Assembly: GCA_900617105.1 (NCBI GenBank)
Contig: UYFQ01000007.1
Coordinates: forward strand, 1-53,221
Direction: 5' to 3'
Source of the DNA: Hydrurus foetidus
Taxonomy: Eukaryota
Length of the DNA: 53,221 bases
Below the pieces are notes generated by a model. That model worked only from the letters and a program-made list of their open reading frames with translations, was not told the origin of the DNA and did no database searches. Position numbers and translations under genes: made by a program. How positions within the stretch are numbered: the stretch's first letter is position 1; every line of letters begins with the position of its first letter. Of this stretch, positions 38,551 to 47,809 are shown one piece after another.

Positions 38551-39981
38551 TTAATGGCCGCTGTGGCCCTGGGGTTTGCGAACCTGTACTTCGATGGGGT
38601 TAAGTTTTTTCGCTGTGCTGGCGACGGCTGGCGTGCTGTCGGCTTTGAAGCGTGCTGGCTCGGCCAGTGGCCCTGTATGTTCAAAAGCCACCGTGCCCGC
38701 TGGGTGCTTGAACCAGCCGGGGTTGCTGTAATCGCCCGCTTTTTGGTCTTTGCGCACTTTCAGCACGCTGAACATGCCGCCCATCTCGATTCCGCCAAAT
38801 GGCCCTTGGCCGGTCATCATGGGCACGGTGTTGTCGGGCAGGGGCATTTCCATTTCGCCCATGTCGGCCATGCCGCGCTCGCCCATCACCATGTAATCGG
38901 GGATGAGGCGGGTGATTTTTTTGGCCACATCCCGGTGGTCTACGCCGATCATGGTGGGCACGTTGTGGCCCATCGCGTTCATGGTGTGGTGGCTTTTGTG
39001 GCAATGAAAGGCCCAGTCGCCTTCTTCGTCTGCCAAGAAGTCAATTTGCCGCATTTGCCCCACCGCCACATCGGTGGTGACTTCGGGCCAGCGGGCGGAT
39101 TTGGGCACGGGCCCGCCGTCGGTGCCGGTGACGGTGAATTCGTGGCCGTGCAGGTGGATGGGGTGGTTGGTCATGGTCAGGTTGCCGATGCGGATGCGAA
39201 CCTTGTCGTTTTGGCGCACGCACAGCGGGTCAATGCCAGGGAAGATGCGGCTGTTCCATGTCCATAAATTCTGGTCAAGCATGGTCATGATCTTGGGCGT
39301 GTAGCTGCCAGGGTCAATGTCGTAGGCGTTGAGCAGGAAGCAAAAATCGCGCTGAACCTCGTCGATATGTGCATTTTTTGCTTTGGGGTGCGTCACCCAA
39401 AACCCCATCATCCCCATCGCCATTTGCGTCATCTCATCCGCGTGGGGGTGGTACATGAAGGTGCCAGGGCGGCGGGCGACAAATTCATAAACATAGGTTT
39501 TGCCGGGTTGGATGGATTTTTGTGTCAGGCCGGACACGCCGTCCATGCCGTTGGGCAAGCGCTGGCCGTGCCAATGCACGCTGGTGTGTTCGGGCAGGCG
39601 GTTGGTGACGAAGCAGCGCACGCGGTCACCTTCCACCACCTCAATCGTCGGGCCGGGCGACTGGCCGTTGTAGCCCCAAAGATGGGCCTTCATGCCAGGG
39701 GCCATCTCGCGCACCACGGGTTCGGCCACGAGGTGAAACTCTTTCACGCCGTTGTTCATGCGCCAGGGCAGCGTCCAGCCGTTCAGCGTGACCACCGGGT
39801 TGTAAGGCTGGCCGTTGGGTGGAACCAGTGGCGGCATGGTGTTGGGCTTGGTTTGTGTGACCAGCTCGGGCAGGGCTGCCAGGGCGACTTGGCTGATGGC
39901 TGTGGCGGCGACAGCACCGCCCGCGAGACTGGCCATGCCGGAGATTCCGGCTGTTTTAAAAAATTGGCGTCTGGAGTTCAT
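38551..39981 (-). CDS. Tat-exported multicopper oxidase
   Basis: SRRQFFK Tat motif, HWHG, MYHPH, HPIHLHG, HCHKSHH. Confidence 0.92.
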   Translation of the reverse strand: MNSRRQFFKTAGISGMASLAGGAVAATAISQVALAALPELVTQTKPNTMPPLVPPNGQPYNPVVTLNGWTLPWRMNNGVKEFHLVAEPVVREMAPGMKAHLWGYNGQSPGPTIEVVEGDRVRCFVTNRLPEHTSVHWHGQRLPNGMDGVSGLTQKSIQPGKTYVYEFVARRPGTFMYHPHADEMTQMAMGMMGFWVTHPKAKNAHIDEVQRDFCFLLNAYDIDPGSYTPKIMTMLDQNLWTWNSRIFPGIDPLCVRQNDKVRIRIGNLTMTNHPIHLHGHEFTVTGTDGGPVPKSARWPEVTTDVAVGQMRQIDFLADEEGDWAFHCHKSHHTMNAMGHNVPTMIGVDHRDVAKKITRLIPDYMVMGERGMADMGEMEMPLPDNTVPMMTGQGPFGGIEMGGMFSVLKVRKDQKAGDYSNPGWFKHPAGTVAFEHTGPLAEPARFKADSTPAVASTAKKLNPIEVQVRKPQGHSGH

Positions 39982-40022
39982 GGTGAATTCTTTACGTTGT
40001 GAGGTGGCGTGGCTGTAGGTGT

Positions 40023-41429
40023 TCAATGCGCTGCACCGCCAGCGACGTTGGGGGTTGACATCGCAGTCATCGGAGCCGCCGTGGGCTGGCCTATCAGTGC
40101 GGTTTGCAGGGCCGCGTCGGCCAGCCAAAACTGCTGCTCAGCGGCAATCGCGGCGATCACGCTGCCCACTTGGTCGCGGGTGTCGGCCAGCAGCTCGAAC
40201 ACGCCAATCAGCATGCCGTTGTAGCGCAGCACGTTTTCTTCGGCGATGGTTTGGCGCAGCGGCACCACCTCGTCGCGGTAGTGGCGGGCCACGTCAAAGG
40301 CGGTGCGGTAGGCGGAATAGCTTTCGCGCAGGTGCGAGCCAGCAGCGCGGGCAGTAGCTTCCAGCCGGTTTGCCGAAGCCAGGGTGCGGGCATTCATGGC
40401 ATCGCGTTGCAGGCCACCGCTGTCGAAAACGGGCAAACGCACGCTGACCTCGAAGCCACGCTGGGTGTTGGTGTGGCCTGCACCGTTGTCAAAAACGCTG
40501 TCACGCCGCACACCCAGTTCGATGTCGGTCAGGCTGGTGATGCGGTTCAAGCCTTGGGCCGTGGCCGCGCTCTCGAATTCCGCCTGGGCCAGTTGCAGGT
40601 CAAGCCGTCCGGTGCTGGCCGCACGGCTTGTGGCTTCGGGTGTGCGCGGGGCTTGGGGCAAATCAGGCAGTCGCTTAGGCAGCGCCAGCGTTGGGGCTTG
40701 GCTGTCGGTTAAGCCCAGCAGGCGAACCAAGGCTTCGCGGGTGGCGTTGGCCGTGTGCTGCGCGGTGGCCCATTGCGTGGCAGCATCGGCATAAAACGCC
40801 TGCTGGCGGGCGCGCTGTAGCTTGCTGAAGTTGCCCGCAGACTGCATGCGCCGCGCCAATTCGGCGCTGGCCTGCGCAGCGTCGTTCACCTGCTCTGCAT
40901 AAACCAGGCTTTGCTGCGCCGCCACCGCCTTGACCCAGGCCATGCGTACTTGGGTGATGTGCGCGACCACGTTGCTGGTTAAGCGCAACTGGGCTTGAAC
41001 TGTTTGGCGTTGCGCGAGGTTGTGGCGCTGGGGCAGCATCAGCAGGTCTAACAGGCCGAAGGAGAGCAATCGGCCAATCTCAAGCTCGTCCACCAACCGC
41101 AGGCGCTCCAGTGTGAAGGCGGGGTTGGCGATGCGCCCGCTTTGGGCGGCGCTTGCCGCATCGGCCCAGTTTTGCGCCAGCAGGGCTTGTACTGCGGGGC
41201 TGCCCGCCAGTGCCAGCCGTACCGCATCGCTTTGGGTGACGGGTTGCTGCAACAACGTCGCTGCTACCTGCTTTTGCGCATCGCGCTGCTCTGGGGTCAG
41301 TGCCAAGGCTAATTCGCCTTGGGTGAAATCGGCGGCGACTTGGTTGGTGCGGGCCACAGACTGCTCGAAGTTGACGCTGGCACAGCCAGACAGCACAGCG
41401 AGGGTGATGGCGCTGACAACGGCTTTCAT
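40023..41429 (-). CDS. TolC/CusC-family outer membrane lipoprotein
   Basis: Lipobox LSGC, LPVFD, YNGMLIGVFELL. Confidence 0.88.
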   Translation of the reverse strand: MKAVVSAITLAVLSGCASVNFEQSVARTNQVAADFTQGELALALTPEQRDAQKQVAATLLQQPVTQSDAVRLALAGSPAVQALLAQNWADAASAAQSGRIANPAFTLERLRLVDELEIGRLLSFGLLDLLMLPQRHNLAQRQTVQAQLRLTSNVVAHITQVRMAWVKAVAAQQSLVYAEQVNDAAQASAELARRMQSAGNFSKLQRARQQAFYADAATQWATAQHTANATREALVRLLGLTDSQAPTLALPKRLPDLPQAPRTPEATSRAASTGRLDLQLAQAEFESAATAQGLNRITSLTDIELGVRRDSVFDNGAGHTNTQRGFEVSVRLPVFDSGGLQRDAMNARTLASANRLEATARAAGSHLRESYSAYRTAFDVARHYRDEVVPLRQTIAEENVLRYNGMLIGVFELLADTRDQVGSVIAAIAAEQQFWLADAALQTALIGQPTAAPMTAMSTPNVAGGAAH

Positions 41430-41740
41430 GGCTTGGCACCGTGGTTGGCGTGAGGGTTGGCATGAGGATTGGAGGGGGTGGATGCACCCACAGGCGCATC
41501 AGGCTGCGCCGCCTCTTTCGCATAGGCCCGCCAGCCACCGATTTTTTCAACGGTGTCGTTGGTGGCCCGCCAAGGGGCCACGGGCTGGTCGTTAAAGGCT
41601 TGGTAGCCGGTGAAAACAGAGCGGTAATTCAGCGGTGTCAACGCAGGGCGTTGCGGTGCAGCATCAGGTGGTGCTTGGGCGAAAGCGGCGGCGCAAAGCC
41701 ACGCGGATGAGGCTACGGCCAGGACTTGAAAGGTTTTCAA
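41426..41740 (-). CDS. Small exported hypothetical protein of the copper cluster
   Basis: TTG start with GGAG RBS, signal peptide, WRATNDTVEKIGGWRAYAKEA, His-containing tail; overlaps the TolC start. Confidence 0.75.
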   Translation of the reverse strand: MKTFQVLAVASSAWLCAAAFAQAPPDAAPQRPALTPLNYRSVFTGYQAFNDQPVAPWRATNDTVEKIGGWRAYAKEAAQPDAPVGASTPSNPHANPHANHGAKP

Positions 41741-41744
41741 AGCA

Positions 41745-41838
41745 ATCTCCAGAAGGAAAGAACAGCAGCGAGGGCTGCGGAGCTGGTGCTGGTAGCTTGA
41801 TTGCCGTCAAATTACAGACGGAATCAGAGCCTGGAGAT
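41745..41838 (-). promoter_or_regulatory. SD-sequestering multibranch RNA structure
   Basis: ATCTCCAG at the leader stop pairs with CTGGAGAT (the RBS); two internal hairpins. Confidence 0.6.
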
Positions 41839-42194
41839 CACAGAAGCGGTGGTTTGAAGCCTTGGGCAGGCTCTGCGCTGGCAAAGTGCGTGGGCACCGG
41901 GGTGATGCGTGCCGCAGGCAGCGCGGGCAGCAGGGGGGTAAATTCAGTCACAGCCAAACCCAGCAGATGGCAGAGTTGGCACTGGGTGCAGCTTACGGTG
42001 GTGTCGGTTGCTTTGTTGGCATCGTCCGTGTTGGCTGCGTCAACGCCGGCCATCATCTCGGCGCAATGGGCTGAAGCGGCAGCGGCGGTGGATGCCACAC
42101 CGGCGGTAGCGCTTACAGGCATCGCCATCGAGTCACCCACCCAAGCACGCAGGGGCAGCAGGGCGATCAGCAGGATGAGGAAGAAACGGCGCAT
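41838..42194 (-). CDS. Cys-rich leader-type protein (DUF2946/CutF/CruR-like)
   Basis: LLPLRAWVGDSMA, CTQCQLCH, FASA..GFKPP. Confidence 0.75.
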   Translation of the reverse strand: MRRFFLILLIALLPLRAWVGDSMAMPVSATAGVASTAAAASAHCAEMMAGVDAANTDDANKATDTTVSCTQCQLCHLLGLAVTEFTPLLPALPAARITPVPTHFASAEPAQGFKPPLL

Positions 42195-42224
42195 GAGGTA
42201 ATGATAGCTGGCGGCTGAAAAAGT

Positions 42225-42644
42225 TCAATTGAAATACAAGGCGATACGGTCAGTCGTCCACGTCGCAACACCCGTCCCGAAGAAGTCGGCATCCTCTGTC
42301 CAGACGGGGCAGTCCAAGGTCAGGGCGCAAGCCAGTACAGGCCAATCGTCGGCATCTCGCACAGCGATGCGTTGCAGCGCCTGTTGCTGCACGCCCTCAT
42401 ACAACTCGGCATCTATGGGCTGAACCACCGTTTCAAGGTGATCCAGCACCAGCATGGCCGCACTGGCGTCAACCCCGCGTTTCTTTAGCAGTGCAGGCAG
42501 GTACTTGCGTGCATCGGCATAGGCCACGTCAGGTGCAAAAAATTGCACCATTGCAGCGTTTTCAAAAATCAGTTCACGTACCCGCTTGCCCAGCACGGCG
42601 CGAATCAAGATGTTGGCATCAAGAATGATTGCCTTGCTGCTCAT
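42225..42644 (-). CDS. PIN-domain toxin
   Basis: ILDANILI, RDADDWP, WTEDADF acidic residues. Confidence 0.9.
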   Translation of the reverse strand: MSSKAIILDANILIRAVLGKRVRELIFENAAMVQFFAPDVAYADARKYLPALLKKRGVDASAAMLVLDHLETVVQPIDAELYEGVQQQALQRIAVRDADDWPVLACALTLDCPVWTEDADFFGTGVATWTTDRIALYFN

Positions 42645-42928
42645 GCTGCCTTGGCTTTCTGCATTTTGACCGGAGCGACAGCCTTCCTGCGCACCGCTTT
42701 GAAGTCGGCCACCACGTCCTCCACGTTAACGCTGTGCGTCTCAAGCAGCTTGTCCAAGGCTTTGCTGGCTTTTTTCAATGCCGCGAGATCGGCCTCAACC
42801 TGTCCCTGTGTAGGAATGAAGTAGCCTACGGTCTGGCCATGCCGTGTGACTGCCACAGGCGTGCTTGACGCGATGTATTCAGCCAAGCCTGTGCGGAACT
42901 CTCGAATGCCAACCCGTGCGGTTTCCAT
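42641..42928 (-). CDS. Phd/YefM-family antitoxin
   Basis: VGIREFR..PVAVTRHG; ATGA overlap with the toxin. Confidence 0.87.
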   Translation of the reverse strand: METARVGIREFRTGLAEYIASSTPVAVTRHGQTVGYFIPTQGQVEADLAALKKASKALDKLLETHSVNVEDVVADFKAVRRKAVAPVKMQKAKAA

Positions 42929-42952
42929 AGTGTGTGCCTTTTTGTGAATCTG

Positions 42953-42967
42953 TGTGTACACATTTTA
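42953..42967 (-). promoter_or_regulatory. TA operator palindrome next to -10 box
   Basis: TGTGTACACA palindrome abutting TAAAAT; the core GTGTACAC matches the P1 Phd box. Confidence 0.6.
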
Positions 42968-42997
42968 GAGCGTTTTAACGCCCGTACTCCGCATCCT

Positions 42998-44614
42998 TCA
43001 GGGCACAAGCCTTGTCGCGCTGGCCACCTCATCCGTCTGCGGCCAGTCGCGGCTGAAATGCAGGCCTCGGCTTTCATGGCGGCTTTGCGCACTGCGCACG
43101 ATCAACTCTGCCACTTGCACCAAATTGCGCAGTTCCAGCAGGTCGCGGCTGACGTGGAAGTATGCGTAAAACTCGGTGATCTCGGCTTGCAGCAAGGCAA
43201 TGCGGTGGGCGGCGCGTTCCAGGCGTTTGGTGGTGCGCACGATGCCCACGTAGTCCCACATGAAGCGGCGCAGTTCGTCCCAGTTGTGCGAGATCACGAC
43301 GCACTCGTCGGCATCGGTGACGCGGCTGTCGTCCCACAAGGGCAATGTGGCGGGTGGCGGCGGGGCTGGCTCGATTGCCATCGCGTCGGTAGCCGCCCGT
43401 GCAAATACCATGCACTCCAAGAGCGAATTGCTGGCCAGCCGGTTCGCGCCGTGCAGGCCGGTACACGCGGTTTCGCCTACCGCGTACAGCCCGGCCACGT
43501 CGGTGCGCCCGTGCAGGTCGGTTTGCACGCCGCCGCAGGTGTAGTGCGCGGCGGGCACCACGGGGATGGGGTGGCGGGTGATGTCGATGCCGAGTTCGAG
43601 GCAGCGGGCCAGGATGTTGGGGAAGTGGTGCTGCAAAAACGCGGGGCTTTGGTGCGAGATGTCGAGGTAAACGCAGTCGAGGCCGTGTTTTTTCATTTCA
43701 AAGTCGATGGCGCGGGCCACCACGTCGCGCGGGGCCAGTTCCAGGCGGTCGTCGTGTGCGGCCATGAAGCGCGTGCCGTCCGGCAGCACCAAGCGCCCAC
43801 CTTCGCCGCGCACCGCTTCCGAAATCAAAAACGATTTGGCGTGCGGGTGGTAGAGGCAGGTGGGGTGGAACTGGATGAATTCCATGTTGCTGACGGCGCA
43901 CCCCGCACGCCACGCGGCAGCGATGCCGTCGCCTGTGGCGGTGTCCGGGTTGGTGGTGTACAGGTAGACCTTGCCCGCGCCGCCGGTGGCCAGCACGGTG
44001 TGGGTGGCGCTGAGGGTGATGACGGTATCGTGCCGTTCGTCAAAGGCGTAGAGGCCCAGGCAACGGTTGGGTGCAGAGGTGACGGCGGTGTCTGCGGGGC
44101 TCAGTTTGTGCGAGGTGATCAAGTCCACCAAATTGTGGTGCTCGAACAGTTCCACATTGGGCCGCTGGCGCACCTGTGCCATCAAGGTGTGCTGTACCGC
44201 CGCCCCGGTGGCATCGGTGATGTGGACGATGCGGCGCTGGCTGTGGCCGCCTTCGCGTGTCAGGTGCAATTGGTCAGAGTCTTCTTCCAGCGTGAACGCC
44301 ACGCCCAGCTCGCGCAGCCACGCAATGGCGGCCGGGGCGTTCTCGACGACGAAGCGGGTGGCCGCTTCGTCGCACAGCCCGGCACCGGCCACCCGCGTGT
44401 CGTCCACATGCGCGTCAAACGAATCGCCCTCGGCCAGCACAGCGGCAATACCGCCCTGTGCCCAAGCGCTGGCACCGTCGTTCAATTGGCGTTTGGTCAA
44501 CACCGCCACGCGCTGGTGCGGTGGGGCCAACAGCGCGGCGGAAAGCCCAGCCAAACCGCTGCCGACGATGAGCAAATCGAACTGTAAAACCTGACTGTTT
44601 GGACAAGAATTCAT
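42998..44614 (-). CDS. nadB: L-aspartate oxidase
   Basis: GSGLAG, WAQGGIA, REGGHS, QFHPT, HGANRLASNSLLE. Confidence 0.95.
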   Translation of the reverse strand: MNSCPNSQVLQFDLLIVGSGLAGLSAALLAPPHQRVAVLTKRQLNDGASAWAQGGIAAVLAEGDSFDAHVDDTRVAGAGLCDEAATRFVVENAPAAIAWLRELGVAFTLEEDSDQLHLTREGGHSQRRIVHITDATGAAVQHTLMAQVRQRPNVELFEHHNLVDLITSHKLSPADTAVTSAPNRCLGLYAFDERHDTVITLSATHTVLATGGAGKVYLYTTNPDTATGDGIAAAWRAGCAVSNMEFIQFHPTCLYHPHAKSFLISEAVRGEGGRLVLPDGTRFMAAHDDRLELAPRDVVARAIDFEMKKHGLDCVYLDISHQSPAFLQHHFPNILARCLELGIDITRHPIPVVPAAHYTCGGVQTDLHGRTDVAGLYAVGETACTGLHGANRLASNSLLECMVFARAATDAMAIEPAPPPPATLPLWDDSRVTDADECVVISHNWDELRRFMWDYVGIVRTTKRLERAAHRIALLQAEITEFYAYFHVSRDLLELRNLVQVAELIVRSAQSRHESRGLHFSRDWPQTDEVASATRLVP

Positions 44615-44694
44615 AGCGTAGTGAGGTGACAAAATGGGGGGAGTCTATCCAATACCTCCACAGTCCCTCAGCCTTGCAAGGCCAACTTTTCACC

Positions 44695-45570
44695 ATGAAC
44701 CCTGTGATTGATTTTTCTCCTGTTGGCATAGCCGCCATCGCCCAAGCGGATGTGGCGCGTGCCCTCTCTGAAGACCTCGGGGCAGGCGACCTGACGGCCT
44801 CTCTGGTCGATGCCACCCGCCGCGCCCGTGCCCGCGTGCTGGCCCGCGAAAGCGCCGTGCTGTGTGGCGCACCCTGGGTAGAGGCCGCCGTGTACGCCCT
44901 CGACCCACAAGCCCACATCGTGTGGCATGTGGCTGAAGGCCAGCGGTGCAGCGCCGATCAGGTGGTGCTGGAGATTGAGGCCAGCGCCCCGGCGTTGCTC
45001 AGTGCCGAGCGCACAGCCTTGAATTTCTTGCAGTTGCTGAGTGCAGTCGCCACCAAAACCGCGTTGTACGTCACCGCCGTTCAGGGCACCCGCGCCCACA
45101 TCGTGGACACCCGCAAAACCCTGCCGGGCTTGCGCCTCGCGCAAAAGTACGCGGTACGCACCGGCGGTGGCGTGAACCATCGCATTGGCTTGTTTGACGC
45201 TGTGCTCATCAAAGAAAACCACATCGCCGCTGCGGGCGGCATTGTTCCCGTGCTGGCCCGTGCCGCGTTGGTGGCAGCCCAGGCCAGCTTTGTCGAAATC
45301 GAAGTCGAAACGCTGGTGCAGCTGCATGAAGCCCTGGACGCTGGGGCCAAGATGGTGCTGCTCGACAACATGGATTTGTCCACGCTGAACGAGGCCGTGC
45401 GCATCAACAACGCGACTGGCCAACCCCGCGCTGTGCTGGAAATTTCAGGCAACGTCAACCTGGACACGGTGCGTGCGTTGGCACAAACCGGCGTTGACCG
45501 CATCTCCATTGGGGCGTTGACCAAAGATGTGAAAGCGGTTGATTTTTCCATGCGTTTTGAGGGTTTGTGA
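44695..45570 (+). CDS. nadC: Quinolinate phosphoribosyltransferase
   Basis: [24 protein letters not shown]. Confidence 0.95.
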   Translation: MNPVIDFSPVGIAAIAQADVARALSEDLGAGDLTASLVDATRRARARVLARESAVLCGAPWVEAAVYALDPQAHIVWHVAEGQRCSADQVVLEIEASAPALLSAERTALNFLQLLSAVATKTALYVTAVQGTRAHIVDTRKTLPGLRLAQKYAVRTGGGVNHRIGLFDAVLIKENHIAAAGGIVPVLARAALVAAQASFVEIEVETLVQLHEALDAGAKMVLLDNMDLSTLNEAVRINNATGQPRAVLEISGNVNLDTVRALAQTGVDRISIGALTKDVKAVDFSMRFEGL

Positions 45571-46685
45571 TGAATGCCAGAGTTGAAATTGCCTACGAAC
45601 AGCCTGCCTGCGCTACCCGTAGCGCCTGGGCGCGCATCCCCGTAGAGCCGACCCAGGCTGAGCGTGCGGCGCTGAAAGACAAAATCCGCGACCTCCTCAA
45701 AGCCCGCAATGCGGTGATGGTGTCGCACTACTACGTCCACCCCGATTTGCAGGATTTGGCCGAAGAAACAGGTGGCTTGGTCAGCGATTCGCTGGAAATG
45801 GCCCGCTTTGGCCGCGATCATGCAGCGCAGACATTGGTGGTTTCTGGCGTGCGCTTCATGGGTGAGACGGCCAAAATCCTCTCCCCCGAAAAGCGCGTGC
45901 TGATGCCCGATCTGGACGCGACCTGCTCACTCGATCTGGGCTGCCCGCTGGACGAATTCACCGCCTTTTGCGATGCCCACCCTGACCGCACCGTGGTGGT
46001 CTACGCCAACACCAGCGCGGCCGTCAAAGCGCGGGCCGATTGGCTGGTGACTTCCGGCTGTGCGCTTGACGTGGTGCGGGCTCTGAAAGACCAGGGCCAC
46101 AAAATCCTCTGGGCACCTGATAAACACCTGGGCGGCTACATTCAGCGCGAAACCGGCGCGGACATGCTGATGTGGCAAGGCAGCTGCATCGTGCATGACG
46201 AGTTCAAAGCCTTTGAACTGGAGATGCTCAAAAAAGACCACCCCGGTGCCAAGGTGCTGGTACACCCCGAGTCGCCTGCCGATGTGGTGGCGCTGGCCGA
46301 TGCTGTAGGGTCAACATCGGCCATTCTGCATGCCGCGCGAGCGATGGATGCTACAACTTTCATAGTCGCCACCGACAGCGGCATGATGCACAAGCTGCGC
46401 CATCAGAACCCCGGCAAGCTGTTCATTGAAGCCCCCACCGCAGGCACCAGCGCCACCTGCAAGAGCTGCGCCCAATGCCCCTGGATGGCGATGAACGGGC
46501 TGGCAGGCGTGGCGCAGGTGCTTGAAATGGCCCCGGCATCAGGGCCGGGTTTGAACGAGGTTCACGTTGACCCCGGCCTGGGCTTGCGGGCACGGGTGCC
46601 GATTGACCGGATGCTGGCTTTTACAGCGGCTTTGAAAGCCGGACAGTTGGTGAGCGGGCTGGTGCCCCGGATTGGGGTGGCGTAG
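45567..46685 (+). CDS. nadA: Quinolinate synthase
   Basis: SHYY, RFMGET, TCSL, YANT, CIVH, HPE, CPWM. Confidence 0.95.
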   Translation: MMNARVEIAYEQPACATRSAWARIPVEPTQAERAALKDKIRDLLKARNAVMVSHYYVHPDLQDLAEETGGLVSDSLEMARFGRDHAAQTLVVSGVRFMGETAKILSPEKRVLMPDLDATCSLDLGCPLDEFTAFCDAHPDRTVVVYANTSAAVKARADWLVTSGCALDVVRALKDQGHKILWAPDKHLGGYIQRETGADMLMWQGSCIVHDEFKAFELEMLKKDHPGAKVLVHPESPADVVALADAVGSTSAILHAARAMDATTFIVATDSGMMHKLRHQNPGKLFIEAPTAGTSATCKSCAQCPWMAMNGLAGVAQVLEMAPASGPGLNEVHVDPGLGLRARVPIDRMLAFTAALKAGQLVSGLVPRIGVA

Positions 46686-46719
46686 TTGACAGTGCTGGCC
46701 TGTCTGTAGACTGGGATCC

Positions 46720-47619
46720 ATGCAACTCAAATGGCTAGAAGACTTTATTGCACTGGCGCAAACGCGCAGCTTCACCCGTGCGGCAGAGCTGCGTCACGTC
46801 ACACACCCGGCCTTTGGGCGGCGTATTCGTGCGCTGGAGGCTTGGGCCGGTACCCCGCTGGTTGAGCGCGAAGGCAGCCCCGTCACGCTGACCGCTGCAG
46901 GCGATTCCTTTCTGGATACCGCCACCCAAATGGTGCGCAGCCTGGACGGTTCGCGCGAGGAACTTCACAGCGTGGCAGGGCGGCAGGCCCGTACTTTGAC
47001 ACTGGCAACGGGCCGCACTTTGGCCCGGACAGTGGTGGCCGACTGGCTGGTGCGCTTGGAGCCCGTACTGCGGGACAGCGAGGTTCGCATCCTTACCCGC
47101 TCACTGGCGGATACCGTTCAGATGCTGGAGCGCAGCGAGGTTGATTTCACCCTTGTTTACCACCATCCCGCGCTGACCTTTCGGCTTGATGCCCGGCAGT
47201 TTTCCCATGTCACACTGGCCTCTGATAAATTGGTGCCGGTGTCCCGGGCCGATGCCCACGGGCTGCCTTCTTATGCTTTGGGGGATAGCCATGCCAAGGC
47301 GACCCCTTATCTCGCTTACGCCCACACCCTGGCGCTTGGCCGTCTGGTGGAAGACTATCTGGCCAATAACGCACTGGCACCGCGTCTGGCGCGCTGCGTG
47401 GAATGTGACTCTGCCGATGCGCTGTACGAATATGCGCTCAAAGGTTTGGGGGTTGCGTGGCTGCCTTGGTCTATGGTGCAGGGTGACTGCATGTCGGGTC
47501 GGTTGGCGCTGGCCGGAGACAAGCGCATGGACGTGCGTTTTGACGTGCGGCTGTACCGACCTAAACGGCGCTTAAGCCTGCTGGCTGAGGCCGTGTGGAA
47601 AGCCTTGCTACCGCGTTAA
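46720..47619 (+). CDS. LysR family transcriptional regulator
   Basis: N-terminal HTH SFTRAAELRHVTHPAFGRRIRALE. Confidence 0.92.
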   Translation: MQLKWLEDFIALAQTRSFTRAAELRHVTHPAFGRRIRALEAWAGTPLVEREGSPVTLTAAGDSFLDTATQMVRSLDGSREELHSVAGRQARTLTLATGRTLARTVVADWLVRLEPVLRDSEVRILTRSLADTVQMLERSEVDFTLVYHHPALTFRLDARQFSHVTLASDKLVPVSRADAHGLPSYALGDSHAKATPYLAYAHTLALGRLVEDYLANNALAPRLARCVECDSADALYEYALKGLGVAWLPWSMVQGDCMSGRLALAGDKRMDVRFDVRLYRPKRRLSLLAEAVWKALLPR

Positions 47620-47702
47620 CGTTGTGCAGCGGTGCGTTGATGGGGTATTGGCGGTTGTATACGGCCGCACAGGGTTACTTTCACCTGAATTAGCACGCTT
47701 TC

Positions 47703-47717
47703 GTGCTGTTATGGCAC
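47703..47717. promoter_or_regulatory. Possible LysR box
   Basis: GTGC-TGTTATG-GCAC palindrome containing T-N11-A upstream of the Bug gene. Confidence 0.35.
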
Positions 47718-47809
47718 CACAGAGGCGTGGCAATCTCTTCAAAATACCTGCCAGGACTTGATCTTCCTTCACGTCCTTCTGCCTTCTGTCTTCCTTGAAA
47801 GTTCACGCC

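Noticed and set aside
41441..41472. 12-bp degenerate tandem repeat
   Set aside because: Simply encodes the NPHA-NPHA-NH tail; no evidence of a separate element
42200..42212. ATGATAGCTGG as another repeat copy
   Set aside because: Only the short core matches; better explained as the TATCAT -10 box of the leader gene
42932..44587. 551-aa plus-strand ORF
   Set aside because: Antisense shadow of nadB in high-GC DNA; no motifs
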